64,000 nucleotides of DNA, taken from Daphnia carinata (taxonomy: Eukaryota). The notes below the pieces were generated by a model that saw only the letters and a program-made list of their open reading frames with translations, was not told the DNA's origin and ran no database searches. The stretch is taken from contig NC_081332.1 of assembly GCF_022539665.2 (NCBI RefSeq), positions 6,510,001 through 6,574,000 of the forward strand, given 5' to 3'. Shown here piece by piece: positions 1 through 17,611 of the stretch (position 1 is the first letter of the stretch; each line of letters opens with the position of its first letter). The position numbers and the translations under genes were made by a program.

Positions 1-188
1 AAACAAAAAAGATTTGCGTTCGATTAAAAGATTTACTTCAAGGTTTCGATTCTACGGTTTACCTTTATTCGGCGTCATGCGTTAACAGGCGTTGTCCTTC
101 CCGCCAACTGGGTCGCTAAACAAAAACGGATTCCAGGCTACCGGCGATAATGTGCCCACGCCCCCTGTAATGCCTGAACATGTCATCT
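1..188 (+). pseudogene. Decayed RR-1 type cuticular protein fragment (chitin-binding Rebers-Riddiford C-terminal part), copy A
   Basis: 91-185 translates, with one frameshift near 118-121, as VVLPANWVA/NKNGFQATGDNVPTPPVMPEHV. This matches the RR-1 ending ...V.WVADENGFQ.TGDH.PTPP..PEHV. Homologous to 38156-38322. May extend left of the window. Confidence 0.7.
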
Positions 189-276
189 GTTGAGAAAGTC
201 TCTGAAAAAGTTGGTCGAAATCCGATTGGCCTTTGGCACAACGGAATAGAGTTTTGATGGAATCGCTATCGGGAAA
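182..276 (+). repeat. Diverged fragment of an unknown coding sequence; inverted copy at 35238-35333
   Basis: gtcatctgttgagaaagtctctgaaaaagttggtcgaaatcc... aligns to the reverse complement of 35238-35333. Shared frame reads KSWSKSDWPLAQRNRVLMESLSG versus KSWLKSGWPWAQRNRVVKESLSE. Confidence 0.75.
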
Positions 277-397
277 TTTAAAACATCCGACGGATACTAA
301 GGTAGCACAAATGGCACCATGTTAAAATCTTGTATTTACTCTCAGCATTTGTTAGATGACTGGTAAGACGGTACATAGTGTAAAAGCCAAAGAGGCA

Positions 398-4550
<4,153 letters not shown>

Positions 4551-6321
4551 TGCTTCGTAGTACGCGATTAGTTCAAACTTGTTCTTTTAAATTCTACGTT
4601 CAATAATACATCAACCAAAAACAACGCACGAGTGCGTCAACCTTAACATAAAAAAGACGTTGCCATTTGTCATCTTGCATCGAGCTTTCTTCTGCATTGA
4701 GTAGGTAAGGTTTTATAGAACTCGCCGCTAGAGGTCATGGGACAAAGCTTCCTAATACCAAGGTATAGGTATATAATGCTAAGGTATATAATACAAGGTA
4801 TACCATTAAAAATCGTTAATACAAAGCTGAAACCTGAACCGTGGACAACAGAAGTTTCTGTTGGTCTCCCTGTTTAATTGCAGATTTTTTAAACAGTACT
4901 AAAAGTCTCTGTGAATCGTTGTGCATGCTCTCTGTTTCACTAAATTCAATTCTTATTTTAAGAAGCAGCTTGAATGGAAAAAAAACTCAACGGATCACGG
5001 TGCTCGTTAGGTTCCCGAATTCCTTGCCTTAGCCAGCCCAAGGAGTCCATTTACTGAGGGTGATCAACGTTGCGAGAAGACGTTTGTGACAATAAAGTAA
5101 TTTATCAATTTTCTCTATCTCTTACTCCCGGTCACACTTTGCTGGGCTTAAAAATTTTTATTGCAAATGTATACATATAATTACGAATGCACAAAAGTTT
5201 TTCAGGGAGGATCACACTTCCTTCTTCGTAGGTGGTATACAGTACCCGCTATTATTGTCCGAACACCCCCGTTTCAAAGCTTTTTAACATGGGTTCTTAT
5301 GGCGACCCGTGCCCCGATTCTCGAAAACCCGGGTATCCACGGATTGCCGCCAAAAGCAGCCGCCTATGGGCGATCCGGGTAACCTATTTGCCAAGATATT
5401 GAAAGATTGACAAGGCTGGGGCGGTTTTGATGGGCAAATCGTTTTTGGTATGTGCCTGTGAGTAATAAACGTGTCTTACAAAAGGGCCTCTTGAGTGTCT
5501 ACCACGATCTCCCCAATCTTGACAATATTATGTTACGGCCTCGCACCGAAAGGTTTCATAACTCATTGGGCGCAATAATGTGTGTATTTTAGATAGCACA
5601 TGTGATTTTAAGAGCAATGACTGAGACAAAATATCGGCTGAAAATAGTTGCAACCCAAACGATGAATTTTATTATATAAGCTTGTGTTTCAGTACATAGA
5701 TTAGCACATTTTCTATATGCATAGAGTTCGCAGCATATACGTCACCACCCATATACGTGAGCTATAAAAAAAAAACTATTCGCGGTGGTCACACTAGAAG
5801 AATGATATCTCAACCAAATTGTCTATTTGTCTTGTTTTTATTTCTCTTGCTTGTTTGTTTTGTTGCTTTTTCAGTTTTGTATTAAATTTTTTGTGGTTGC
5901 CTATTTTCAATTCTTCTTATGTAAATCACATTTCTCAACAAATTAAGGTTGATTGGTTATTTTTGTTCAAAATGGGCAAATTGGTATTGAATCCGATTGA
6001 ACTCAATCAAGAAGACGAATACTTATTAGAGACGAATAACCATGCTGAAGTTCGCGTTGATGTGTAAAAAAAAAAAAAAGTAATAAAGGCAAAAGATTGA
6101 AGGATTCAGATCCGATGTGAATGCATCCGAGTGAAAAGGGCACGGTATGTAATGATAAAAGTCGGATCGATGACAGGAACATTCGAAGTTGATTAGTTCA
6201 GTAATAATGAGGTGATGCGGATAGACGCAGAAGAAAGAAATATAAAGTGTCCCACGTTGTCGGTTCGGCACTTGCGGATGCGGAAGTCAAACCGGTCTAA
6301 ACTGCAATGCTGTAACGATTT

Positions 6322-6341
6322 TCAGAGGTCGGATTTACCTT
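6322..6341 (-). CDS. Putative alternative terminal exon of the CG43897-like gene (…EGKSDL*)
   Basis: Acceptor tttttgttatcattgcag followed by AA GGT AAA TCC GAC CTC TGA. Phase matches the phase-1 donor at 8101/8100. Confidence 0.6.
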
Positions 6342-7032
6342 CTGCAATGATAACAAAAATATAAAGACATTTAAAATTCAACCAAAAGTTAGCAACGATG
6401 GTATCTGGTATTTGCGAGGGTAGGTAAATGTCATGGCGGCAGTACAGTATTAACGCACAGTGGCACATGAAAAGCAATCGAAATTCATCGTCCTCATCAA
6501 GGAGCAAGGAATAGAAATGAACAGCTGACGATAGGTTCTAAGAACGAGGCTGTCCTACGAGCTGTATTACAATCCTACAGCTGGCTGCAATTAGTACCCA
6601 TGTACTACGTAAATAAAACATAATAAAGAGGACACGTATGACGTGCTTCTAATGTGTTTCTCCGACGCGTCGCAATTGTTGTCGCAGAGTACACAAGTGT
6701 GAAGACGAACGAAGACATGCTCGGCGTCATGACATTCTCTTTGGTTCCAAAATTCACCATCAGCAGGCCAGCATCACGACCCATACAAACGAGTCCAAAC
6801 CGTTCCAAACACGACATCTACCAATTTCCCGAACGTTTAGCGATAAGGATTTTTTAAAAAATCAAAAACTAAACCGAAGTCATTTCACGAGGTAATCAAA
6901 TTCATTCGCTTGACTTCCAGAGTTAAGAGCTGTACCTTTGATACACTGGCTGATTTTCCATTTTCTTAACAAAAAAACTATCTGGCCCACCAGAATTGAG
7001 CTCGTCTGGAACCATGTAGCATTTTCTTTGAA

Positions 7033-10000
7033 TCAATGAAGAGCATTTTGATGATGTGAGAAGAATCCGTCCAATTCAGACGTTGCCGACGAAGGCGTTT
7101 CAGGTGTTACTGAAGCATATAGTCGTGAGTAACGAAAGAAACCAGAATGGCCGATTAATCCTGAGGTCAATTGGCTGTTATGGTTCGGTGAAAATGGGGG
7201 CGGTGAAGAGATGACAGCCTGCGTTATGTCCTCCGTGCTTGAATCGAATTCGTGCTGGAGTGAACGGAAAACACGTGAGGGAATCCGATCTTTCGCTCGC
7301 AATGAGCGGATGCGTAACCGAACGCCCGGCAGATTGGGAGGCAAAAAATTGGCTTCCGTTTCCGAAGCCGAAGGTGTTGAATTCGGGACCGACAAGGCAC
7401 CGGTCTCTGCATCTCTCACGCCATCAGTTCCAAGATCGCCACTCAAAAGTCGCAAGAGTCGACTGTGATGGTGAGTGGTTTCTGATTCAGTGTCAGCATC
7501 AACTTCCTGATCGCTGTTACGTTTCACTTCAGCGCCACTATTTGTCAGTCCCGAGTGATCGCTCGTGTTCATTTCTGATTGCTGGTCCGTTGCAGTCGTA
7601 GCCAGTACCATTATCTGGGCCTGCAAGTCTTCTTCTTCATAGTTGTCGATGAGGATGGAAGGCGTAGGATTTGGGCTAGGGGCTTTGAGTTCGTCTGCAT
7701 TCTTTTCGTTTGGTGATTCATATCCATTCACTTTGTGTGGCTCATTTCTTGTCTCGTTAGGAGATGAAATTGTAGGGTCTACAGAGATGATTGCGTCATC
7801 TAATTTGCCATTCTTTTGTTGGAATGGGCCACTATCGACCGAATCGCTCCTGCCGACTAGTTCTGGACTACGTGACGTCATGAAGACGCGTTCCATGTCA
7901 GCTGATTGGGACGAATGACGAATCGATACCCCAACCCAACCAAAAGATACAGAAATAAGTTGAAATTGGGTTACATATTGGCTCAAAAAATGAACTGCTA
8001 ACAGCAACAGTTTTCAGGTAAACCAAAAAAAAAAAGGGGCTTTGTCGATACTATCGCCATGAGGGAGGTACTTCTAAATATTATAGAAGTTTTGTCTCAC
8101 CATTGGGATCCAGTGCAGTCATGGCTTGCAGCATTCGAAACGACCTCGATGGGATGTTGCCTCCCATATACTTTTTGGGTTCGGGTTCACTCTGTTCACT
8201 AGGTGGCCCACGATTTATGTTTGTTGTCGCGCCTTTTTCATCGTTTTTAGAGCATTTATCAAATGTTAATATCCTCTACAATGTCGTTTTCGAATAGGTT
8301 ATACCTGCTACGTTGGATGGCATCGGATTGTTAGCTTGAGCACGGTTCATTTGCTGCTGCTGTTGATACGCTGTGGAAAGGTAAACATTGAACCATTAGT
8401 CTCATCACCCACAGCCTAAAAACGGATTGTCAGTAACACACATCTCTCATCCAAATAAAAACCGTTAAGAAATTCGTTTTCATTTGTGCTAGACTGAAAA
8501 TCAAACTGGATTAAATTATTTAGTTATATCATTTACATCCCCAAATCTTAGTTTGAACCTCTTGCAACTTCCATCGAAGGTTTACAGGAATTAGTAATGC
8601 TTTTGTTTTCTTTTAGATGTTTGTAACATGGAGTTATGATCGTGGTTCGGTTAAGATTTACATAAATATGCAGCGCTTTTTTTTGTTTCGGTTAGTAACG
8701 TAAGGGTTTACCATCCTCAGCGGCGGACGAATCGGTGGCGGTGAAATTCTGCAAAATGCGGAAAGCTCGCGAGGGGATGTGCGAGCCTCTGTAGCGGGGA
8801 TCGACCTCTTGGTGTAGCGACTGCTCCTCGTTCACTGTCGTGTGTTGTATGTACGTGTGCGTGTACGTGTAGGCGTGCGCGAGGTACGATAAACGTGACG
8901 GTTGCCGTGTCATGTGGACGAAGACGCATGGGAGCAGAGCAAGGGAGAGAAAGAGAGAAGAGTTTGGACCACATTCCACATTAAACGTTGATGATGACAT
9001 TGATCGAAGGAAACGTTCTATTCCAAATCGGTTTGGCCATTTTTTTCGTGTTTTTTTTTTCTTTTTTTTAACGTTTGGTTTAGAAGCCATGCGCAATTAA
9101 GTTTATGGTATTATGACTTTACCAACTAAAATACTAGAACTAAGACTTTAGCTCGTACCAAGTTCTACTTTCAAAGTAGAATATTGGATCCTTGTTGCAA
9201 TGCAAGTTAGCGGACATTACCGAAGGATAGGATTTTTTTGAGTGACGTTTTTTTTTTTTTTTTTTTGCTTGTTATTTTATTTATAGAAGTAGCATCTAAG
9301 GTTAGATAAAAAAAATATTACCTTGTGAACGGAACATGTCCATGAGCTCACGATCGTCTTGAGTCAAATTCAAGCGGCGTTCACCGACGGGTGGCGGGCC
9401 GGAATGTTGGGATAAGCGACCACCGCTTGTGCCACCGCTGTTGTTGCTGCCAATAGAGGAACGAGATAGACGTCCAGAACTCTCAGTCGGTTCGGCTTCA
9501 GCATCAGCTGAATCATCGGCTGGATCGTGGATCATCTGTAGGATCCGGAAAGAGCGTGATTGGGTCGGCTGTCCTCGAGGTTGTTCGACACTGGCAGCAC
9601 GACTGTACGATCCAGCTGCCATTGGATTCGAGGGCGATTCGTGATGTTGTTCATGCTGTTGGCGCCCGTTGTTTGTTGGGGACATCATCAATCTGTAGTG
9701 TAAAATATTATCATTTAAGGTTTACATTATCTTTTTTTTTTTAGTTCTTAAAAATAGTATTGATGTTTCTCGTACTCTTCCATCATGGAAGCAATTTGGT
9801 TAGCATTAGCGGCAGCTTGCGTCCTCCAGGGAGCTTGCTGTTGTTGTTGTTGTTGATAACTTTGTTGAGCATCTGGTTGCCTATGAACGGTAACTGGAGT
9901 CACGCTAACTCCCGATCCACCGCTTTCCAAGTGAATGGGTATAACTTTGCCCTGTGCGTTATGCCAAGGTGGATGGACGGTTTCCTCTTTAACAGACGAA

Positions 10001-13000
10001 ACACTTCTTTGCGGCGTCGGAGGGGCCCTTGTGGTTCCTTCTACTGCGATTGGAACGACGCGGACGTTGCCCGAAGCGGATGCCGCAGTTTGAAACGGTT
10101 TTTGTACGTTCTCTTCTCGCTCGACAGGGATAACCCGTTCGTGTTGCTGCTGTTGATTGTGGACGAAGATTGGAGTCGGAGAACTAGAAGGCCGGTTCTG
10201 CGAATTCATCCACGGCATCGGTGCCTTGGCCAACTGAGCCGATGCAAGTGGGGACAAAGGTCCGTTTGGCCCATTGCTATTCGCGTTGTTACTAGTGTTA
10301 GGGCTCCCATTAGCAGCATTATTGTTCACTGGTGGGATGTAAATCGATCCCAGCTGAGTGTTTCGACGTTCCGGGGTCGATACCGTGGCCGGAGCAGATG
10401 GCGTTACTGGCGCTGGAGCAACAACCGGCTGTTGTGGAGCATAAGTAGCCGGAATTGAACTCTGAGCCTGATTGTTATTGCTCCTGGCCGACAAAGAGTT
10501 CATAATCTCTTCGAACATCTGCTCCGGCGATTGCGTTTGGGGTTGCGATTGCAAAAACTGCGGCACCGCTGGCTTCAGATTGATGCGCATTGGCTGTGGC
10601 GGCGAAGATTCTACGCTCTGCTGTTGGACGTAATTCTGATGCGTCGGCGGCGGAGGGGGAGGAAGCGGACAGGTGGCCGCCACGACTGCGGGCGTTGGAG
10701 GAGTTGCTGGTAAGTGCAAAGCGGGCGAATGGAGGACGGGCATCTGCTGTGGCGTCGGAGGGAAGACGGGCACGGCCATTTGAGGCTGCATGGCCATCAG
10801 AGCTTGAGGACTTAAGTGAGACGGCGTCGGCGACGATCCAGGCGGATTGGCCGGTGTCTGGTGCGGATGACTGGCAACGCCTTCGTCCGCCGCGTTCTTG
10901 GAGATGCGTCGCTGCATCCGAGGCGACCGGATCTCGGCCAAAAAGTCAATACCGCCCGGAGTGTAAGTGAACGGTTTCTTGTCCTTGGTCATCATGGCGT
11001 TTTGAATGGCAGACGGCGGGATGTAACTAAATGGCACGCCACCACCGGGCAAGTGTTTACCTCCGCCGGCGCTCCCCGCCGAATTCGGCCCACCTCCCAT
11101 CTGATATTCGATGTTCAGAAATCAATAATGTTACCATAAAAGAGGAGCAGAACATTTAACACTGAAACAAAATCAAATATTATTATACCTCCGTATTGAT
11201 TCTGATTGCCGGCATATTACCAGCTCCATGGCTGCTGGGCATAGGTGGAGGAGGAGGAGGCGGTGGTGGCGGAGGTGGTCCTGCCATCATGCCCTGAAAC
11301 GCGACTCCACCTTCGAGTCCTGTGTATCAATACAAAACAATGCGGTTGATGTTACGCTTATGAACCCTTTTACAACACACTATAAAAATTTGGGAATTAT
11401 ATGCGATAAGCCTATTATGTACCTGGGACGGCCGGGGCGTCCATGTTACTGGTCTCTAAAGGCCTACCAACTGGCGGCGCGTGAACGCTGCTTCTGACAC
11501 CTGATAGAAACGGGCCAATATTTCCGGTGCTGCTCCTGCGGCTAACGCCGCTCTTGATTTCTTCCGACTGGCGTCTGAAATGTAGAATATATAAACATAC
11601 ATGTATTTTATGCGTAAATTAAACAGCTAGAAAAGCGTTGCATAAGATGGGATAACCCAAAAAACGTGTAGATCTAAGGATTCTGTGAACATTACTGTAC
11701 ATAAATAAAAACAGCAAAAAGAACTTGAAATCGTGAGCGTTGAACCAAAGAAGGTGTGCGTGAGCGGCTATTGTTGTACGGCAGAGCTAAGTCATCCAAT
11801 GGATAGAGATTGCTACGAACGCCAAGGGTAATGCCTGGAACGTGACTTGCCTGCTCAATCGAATAGCGCCAGTCGCTTTTATGTGTTTATTTTTTTTTCC
11901 CTTTTTTATCCATTCTTTTTTTTTCCTCTTAAAGATCTGTTTGGGGCCTGCCTAACGCGCGACGATGGATGCAAAACTTAGCTCCCCGGCGCATATATTC
12001 AGGTGACTGTGTTGGTATGCGGTTCTGTTCGGTTTTGTTTGCCATTGGCATTCAGCGTGCTGGTCAACGAGCGATAAACACAAAATGAAATGGTTTCCGC
12101 TTCACTCTCGCTTCTGATTGCGTGACGTGGCGTTGAGTACAGACTTCGGGGTCTTTCCCCTCCGTCTGGACGATCGATTTGATTAACGATTTACTACGAT
12201 AAGGGCTGTGGCGATACATAATCTAGCGTCTGGATCTTTTTTTTCTCATAAATTCATTGTGATATCCACGATCAACCTCCTTTTTTTTGGAACACAGGTC
12301 GTCATGCAGTCGAAGATTTCCTATTACCAACGCAACTACTCGATTGCCTTTTTTTTCGGGTTCGGCCTTGGCTGAAGTTGGTGTAGCGAACAAAAAAGAA
12401 ATACAGACTGTAAGTCTTCTCGAAAACCGGGGAGAAGACAAAAAAACACACACACACACACCAGATGATAATAAACTATGCGGATGGGGGTGGGTAGTGA
12501 AACAGTGTAGGAAGACGGGAAAGCGAGAGCCGAAGAAAGACTTGGCTTAGCGGGAGCAGGAAGACTCGAGTGAAAAGAAAGGATGGCCTTGGAAAAGAAA
12601 GCCAAATAAGGTGAGTCCAAGGTAAAGGAAAAACGTCGGGAAAAGACGGCCAAATGATGGTAAATAATGTATCATTCGGCGCCAACCTTCACGTTGGCAG
12701 TGGACGTGCAGTGCAGGTGGAGGCGGAGGAGGCGTGAAAGAGAAATAAGAAAGTGGGAATGATTCTTCTAGTTGCTGTGTGTAGATTACAGACTTTAGTA
12801 CACAAGAAATATCAATTTAATTCAATGCTTCTGGATTTTTTTTTCATTGTGGTTTAGGAGCCAGCTGATTCAATAGGCGAATACATCGCATTCGAAGAAT
12901 CGTTGCATTGCAACAATCAACTCACGATGAGATGACGACAGCAGCCTGTTTCAATTCATTTCAATGTCTCTCCTTTCCTGTTTTCTATTTGCTATTATTT

Positions 13001-14311
13001 TCACGCGCTCTTTCGATCTTTCCCCATCTAGCAGCTGGCAATAAACATAGAACAACCGTCAATCAACATGCCAATAGACAAGCTGGTTTTGCGTAAGCGA
13101 ACAATGCTCAGACATGGGATGATGGGCGTTAGCGTCCTCAACTGATCGAATCTTTTGAACAAGAAAAATAAGAAGTCAACGAATGAAACCTATATGTAAA
13201 ACGATCAGGGCGGGTCTGTTTTGGTCGAACACACGTCATGAATGGGGCTAAATCGGACTCGTCAATCCTCCCTTCCCACATATAACAACAAGAAAATCGA
13301 ACACAATGCAGCTAACCAAATAAAGACGGTGAAAAACAGAAATAAGTGCAAAAAAAAAAAACATCCAGTTTTGGTTGAGCACGGATAGAATTTCAAAGCC
13401 GGTCCGACGTCAAAGGAACGAAAGTGTTTGGAATGTTCAACAACAAGAAAAAGAAAAAAAATGGGCGAAGCAACAGTAATAGAGTCATTCGAGAAAGGAG
13501 TGGAATGACATCATTTACGTTGATTATAACAAGAAATAAGATCACACGACTGAGGGGGACATCCCAGTTGGGTGGTATGAGTCGCCCAACCGCGTGAAAC
13601 CCCATTTTGTCACATCTAAATGAAAAGATGATGAAGTATGTCCGGGGAAAAATAAACCACACACGAGCTGTTGATAGTCTGCCACCGACGATGAGACATC
13701 GCGAGGGAAATAACTTCATTCAACCGCCTCTATAAGCAAAGCCTTGCGCAATACCAAGTGACGCATGAATCCCGAAAGCTTACAGACGTCGATGACGACT
13801 TGGCGTTGAAAGCTAATGCCACACATGAGAACGATTAAAAACCTCAATGGGACTACTGGTTTGCTTAGTGAGCCTCATTTGCGTTCCACGGGTTAAGATG
13901 CACGCGTGCAGATTAGATCGCGATGGGGGTAAACAGTAGCGAATGATCTGGCTATATGGAAAGCTTTTTTTTTTTTTTCTGTAGGGGGACTTACATCATG
14001 CTCTCGATTTGTTTGGCGATGCCCTGATCTTGGCGGACCATCTCTGGCGGCATAGCGGCGACGATATCGTTGGCTTTGTCGTTGTAGGTGCCAAGTAGGC
14101 CGCGGTACAAGTTGTAGACGACGCGACGGACGGCCGGATCGCTGGTATCCGCGACGGATGATGACGACGAAGAAGCGCTAAGTCGCCTGTGCTGGCCGTG
14201 CTCACTGTTGGCCGAGATCGGGTCCACTAGCGTTCCCGAATAGATTCCGTGATCGGTGCACACGCTGGAGACTACGGGGGGATGTCGGGGTTCACCACTG
14301 ACGGACGACAT
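7033..14311 (-). CDS. Proline-rich protein with repeated SRxFRxLQ motifs, resembling Drosophila CG43897 and the Zasp/PDLIM-type SRSFRxL motif (long terminal-exon isoform)
   Basis: Hand-spliced in-frame exons: 14311-13995, 11574-11423, ~11320-11190, 11100-9776, 9692-9322, 8834-8712, 8370-8305, 8232-8101, 7901-7033. Contains KDKKPFTYTPGGID..EIRSPRMQRR, a polyproline run, QSRSFRILQ, IPSRAFRILQ, PEPKKYMGGNIPSRSFRMLQAMT and IPSRVFRSLQ. Family assignment is from memory of the motifs. Confidence 0.8.
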
Positions 14312-17300
14312 GATAAACCGCTTGATCGGATTAAAAGCTGTTGGATTCGTTCGTTTCGTTCACGCCGTTCTAATGTGATCGAGGGCCCTTTTGACTGCGC
14401 GCTCCAACTGACTTTTCACTACTGGAACAGAACTTTCGCCCTCAGTTTCGTCCAGTTTTCAGTCGAAGCCGCAGAAACTTCAGGGAGGAGGAGCACTGGA
14501 TCTCGCCCGTCTCTCTCTCTCTTCTTGTTCCTTCACGCACACACATACACTCGTGTGTTCCTCGCTTAGTGGGTGGTTGTTATCCCTTTTCTTTCCACGC
14601 ACCCTTCTTTTTTCCTGTTGGCTTAGCATCACGTGACCTGAAAGATGACGTCAGTTTGGAGCGCTCCGGGCACCGATCTTGGTGATTTTCAATTCTTTTC
14701 CGCATAAGGAAATCTCTAATTTTCTTTTCTCTTCGTTTTTCGTTATTTTTGTTATTTTTTTTTCTTCTTCTTCTTTTCGACTGAGAAGAAAACGAAAGAA
14801 GAAGAAGAGAAAAAGGAGAGAACAAGAAGAAGAGAGGAATGGACGTGAAAAAATTCTTCTTTTTCATTTCTTAATACTCCTCTCCCTCCCCTCTCTCTCC
14901 CTCGCTTATGTTCGCTAGTGTGTCACGAGCTAAACGCCGACCTCGATTTCCAAACGTTACGAAATGGGCTGCTTCTTTTTATATTTCAGCAACCAATCCC
15001 CCTTAACGATGGTCACATAAGACTATGTTGTTGGGGAACTGATCCTATAAGACCGACAACGAGAGTTGCACGCGCTACCCCCGCAGTGCGCCATCCATAC
15101 TGAATCACAACGTTTGATCGTGTTACGACTTACGAATCGTCATCACGTACAGCAGATGGCAAAAAAAAAATCGTGCAATAAACAAATCAATCAATAGCAA
15201 AGATTTTTTAAAATTTTTTTATGTTTCCTTTTTTTTTTTTTTTCAGCGTTGCAAGGTATGAAATGAAATCGGAATGTATTCGTGGTTGATGATGCCAGCG
15301 CCGCCGGAGCATTTGGTGGTAAAAATGCGTCGGGTCGTACAATAGGAACACAACAGTTCCACCTTTTTTTTTTTTTTTTTAAATTTGTTATTTTTAACAT
15401 GTAAAAAATTCCATAACTGTCTTTTATAAAACATTTTTTTGGTTTGTTTGAACTTGTTTGAAAACTATGCACGAATGACGTGGTAGTGACGATAGAAAAC
15501 GGGCAGAGAGAAAAATTACCCACACGTAAAGCAGCAAATAGGATTTCTGCATTTCCGCCCGCCACAAAACATCATCTGACGGACGGCTCAAGATGGATGA
15601 TGAATCGACGACGACTTACAGCCATCCATCATGAAAGCCGACCTCGTCTTTGTTTCTTTGTTGTTGTTTTTTTTTTCTTTTGTTTCAAGAATCGTTCGGG
15701 GTCCTTTCTCTTTTGTGATAGCGACCCGCGCCCCAACCAACAATGTGTGTAGGCTTCTTGGATAAACACAAATACGAAAAGATGATTCAGTTCGCTCGAT
15801 GCATTAGACGGGACGATGCGGAAAGGCGGTTGGGCCAACGAAACCAGATGGCCCTTGAGAAAACGTACCGTGCTCATATGTAAATGAACGAAGCATCCTA
15901 ACGACATACTCTCAGTTACTGATTTCCTTTTTGATTCTTTTTGAGGTCTATCTGCTATCTCTTTTTTTTTTCTTCTTTGTCGTTGTTTTGGTGCTTGATC
16001 TTCGCCTGCTCTCTCTCTCTCTCTTCCATCCCGTAAGGGAAGGATGAATCATCTTAACAAACGAATGCGACCAGAGCCCAATGACCTCCCGCTGTCGGTC
16101 GCGATGAGTCAGCAGCGGCGGGGATCGGCGAACTGCCGTCCAGCCGAAAGATTCCATCCCAGGTGTTTACCACTCGCTAACTTACCTCCAAACGGCGAAC
16201 ACTTAATGTTTGTGATTTTAGCCTATTAGTTGCTAAGGTCCTTTTTTTTTTATTAGCGACAAACTTTCTTCGACACGATGGCTGTTTGCTTTCTTTTGCC
16301 CCCTCGTCCCTCCGACCTTCTTCACTTTGTTCGGTCGCCGTCCTTTTGCGCATCGATGCTAACGATCAAACCGAAGACGTTCAACACTCATTCTTTAGCC
16401 TTACGAATAGTGAAAAAAATCCAAACAGGGAGTCAAGACGCTTGCGAGCTTTGCTCCACAAACACGAATTTTCTAAGAACAGCTGCTAACTTTTAATGGC
16501 GATGTTCGAGACGTGTTATTGTAACCGGCTTTAATGGCTGCGTGTTGTTACAAATTTCATAGGCCGTCGTCGTTTAGCCTTTCTTCTTGGGTGTAAAGCT
16601 ACGTGCCCTTGAAAGTTATCCTGGATCGTCCAGGAATCCTGTGACCTAGATGACGATCCGACCTCAATAAAGACAAAACAACGCGTCTGGGGTTTGTGTT
16701 GAAGCAGTTCAGCAGTCGCCGCCAGTGTTTGAATGAGCTGACATGTGATAACGTCCAGGAATTTCCGGCCGGATGTTACGGAAATTAGCCACGCAATTCC
16801 GCAAGGACCCAACAAATTTACATTGAGCAGTGTAAAATGTGAAGCATAAAAAAAAACAATTAAATAAAAAGAAAAAATTAAAAAGAAAAAGGGCAGGCTG
16901 CATAAAAAAGAAGTAGCCGTGGCCGAGTGATTGCGGTAGCGGCTTCTATAGCGATGGCGGCTATTTATAATACAACGGCTTCCAAAAGTTTTTGAACGAA
17001 CGGGAGCAAGCCAAAAAGCAAAGAAAGTTTTCTCTTTGGGACATCGGGACTGTGAAGGAGGTCGACACCAGCCCCAGCCCCAGTCGATGGAGCTGGAGCT
17101 GGCGCCAACATAGCCATTTCTATTATTAAAACAGCAGCAACCGAAAGAAAAGAAAAGAAAAAAAAAAAGCAACAGACAAGACATGATGAGACGATGGAAA
17201 AAAAAAAGAAAAAGAAAATAAGGGAGGGGAAGTAAAGTATTAAAGAAGAAGAAGAAGAACCACACATCACGGCAAGCGTATAAAAAACACACACACACGC

Positions 17301-17580
17301 AACAGACACACACACACAGACCAAAAACAACACTTAAGATTTCAGCATGGCAACATAGATGGAGTTTGAAAGTGGGGAAGGATTTTTTAAAAAATATTGC
17401 GTACATTTAGCTCTTTTTTTTTCACTGTCTTTCAATTCAATAGAGAAGGGGGCAAAAAAAAATAGGAAAGAACTTTGAGAGGCAGCTGTGACGCCACACC
17501 CGAACGAGATCGCATGATGTCTTATTTCCATATTCATATTCTACTCTGTCTCGCTGTCTCGCTGTCTCTTTATCTCTTTA

Positions 17581-17611
<31 letters not shown>

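Noticed and set aside
5161..5600. GC-richer island that could be a transposon or gene relic; similar islands at 20550-20750 and 21200-21480
   Set aside because: No terminal repeats, target-site duplication or recognisable protein in the frames I translated.
9760..10970. Plus-strand ORFs opposite the CG43897-like large exon; likewise minus-strand ORFs at 30040-33620
   Set aside because: Antisense shadows of GC-rich Pro/Ser/Thr codons in real exons.
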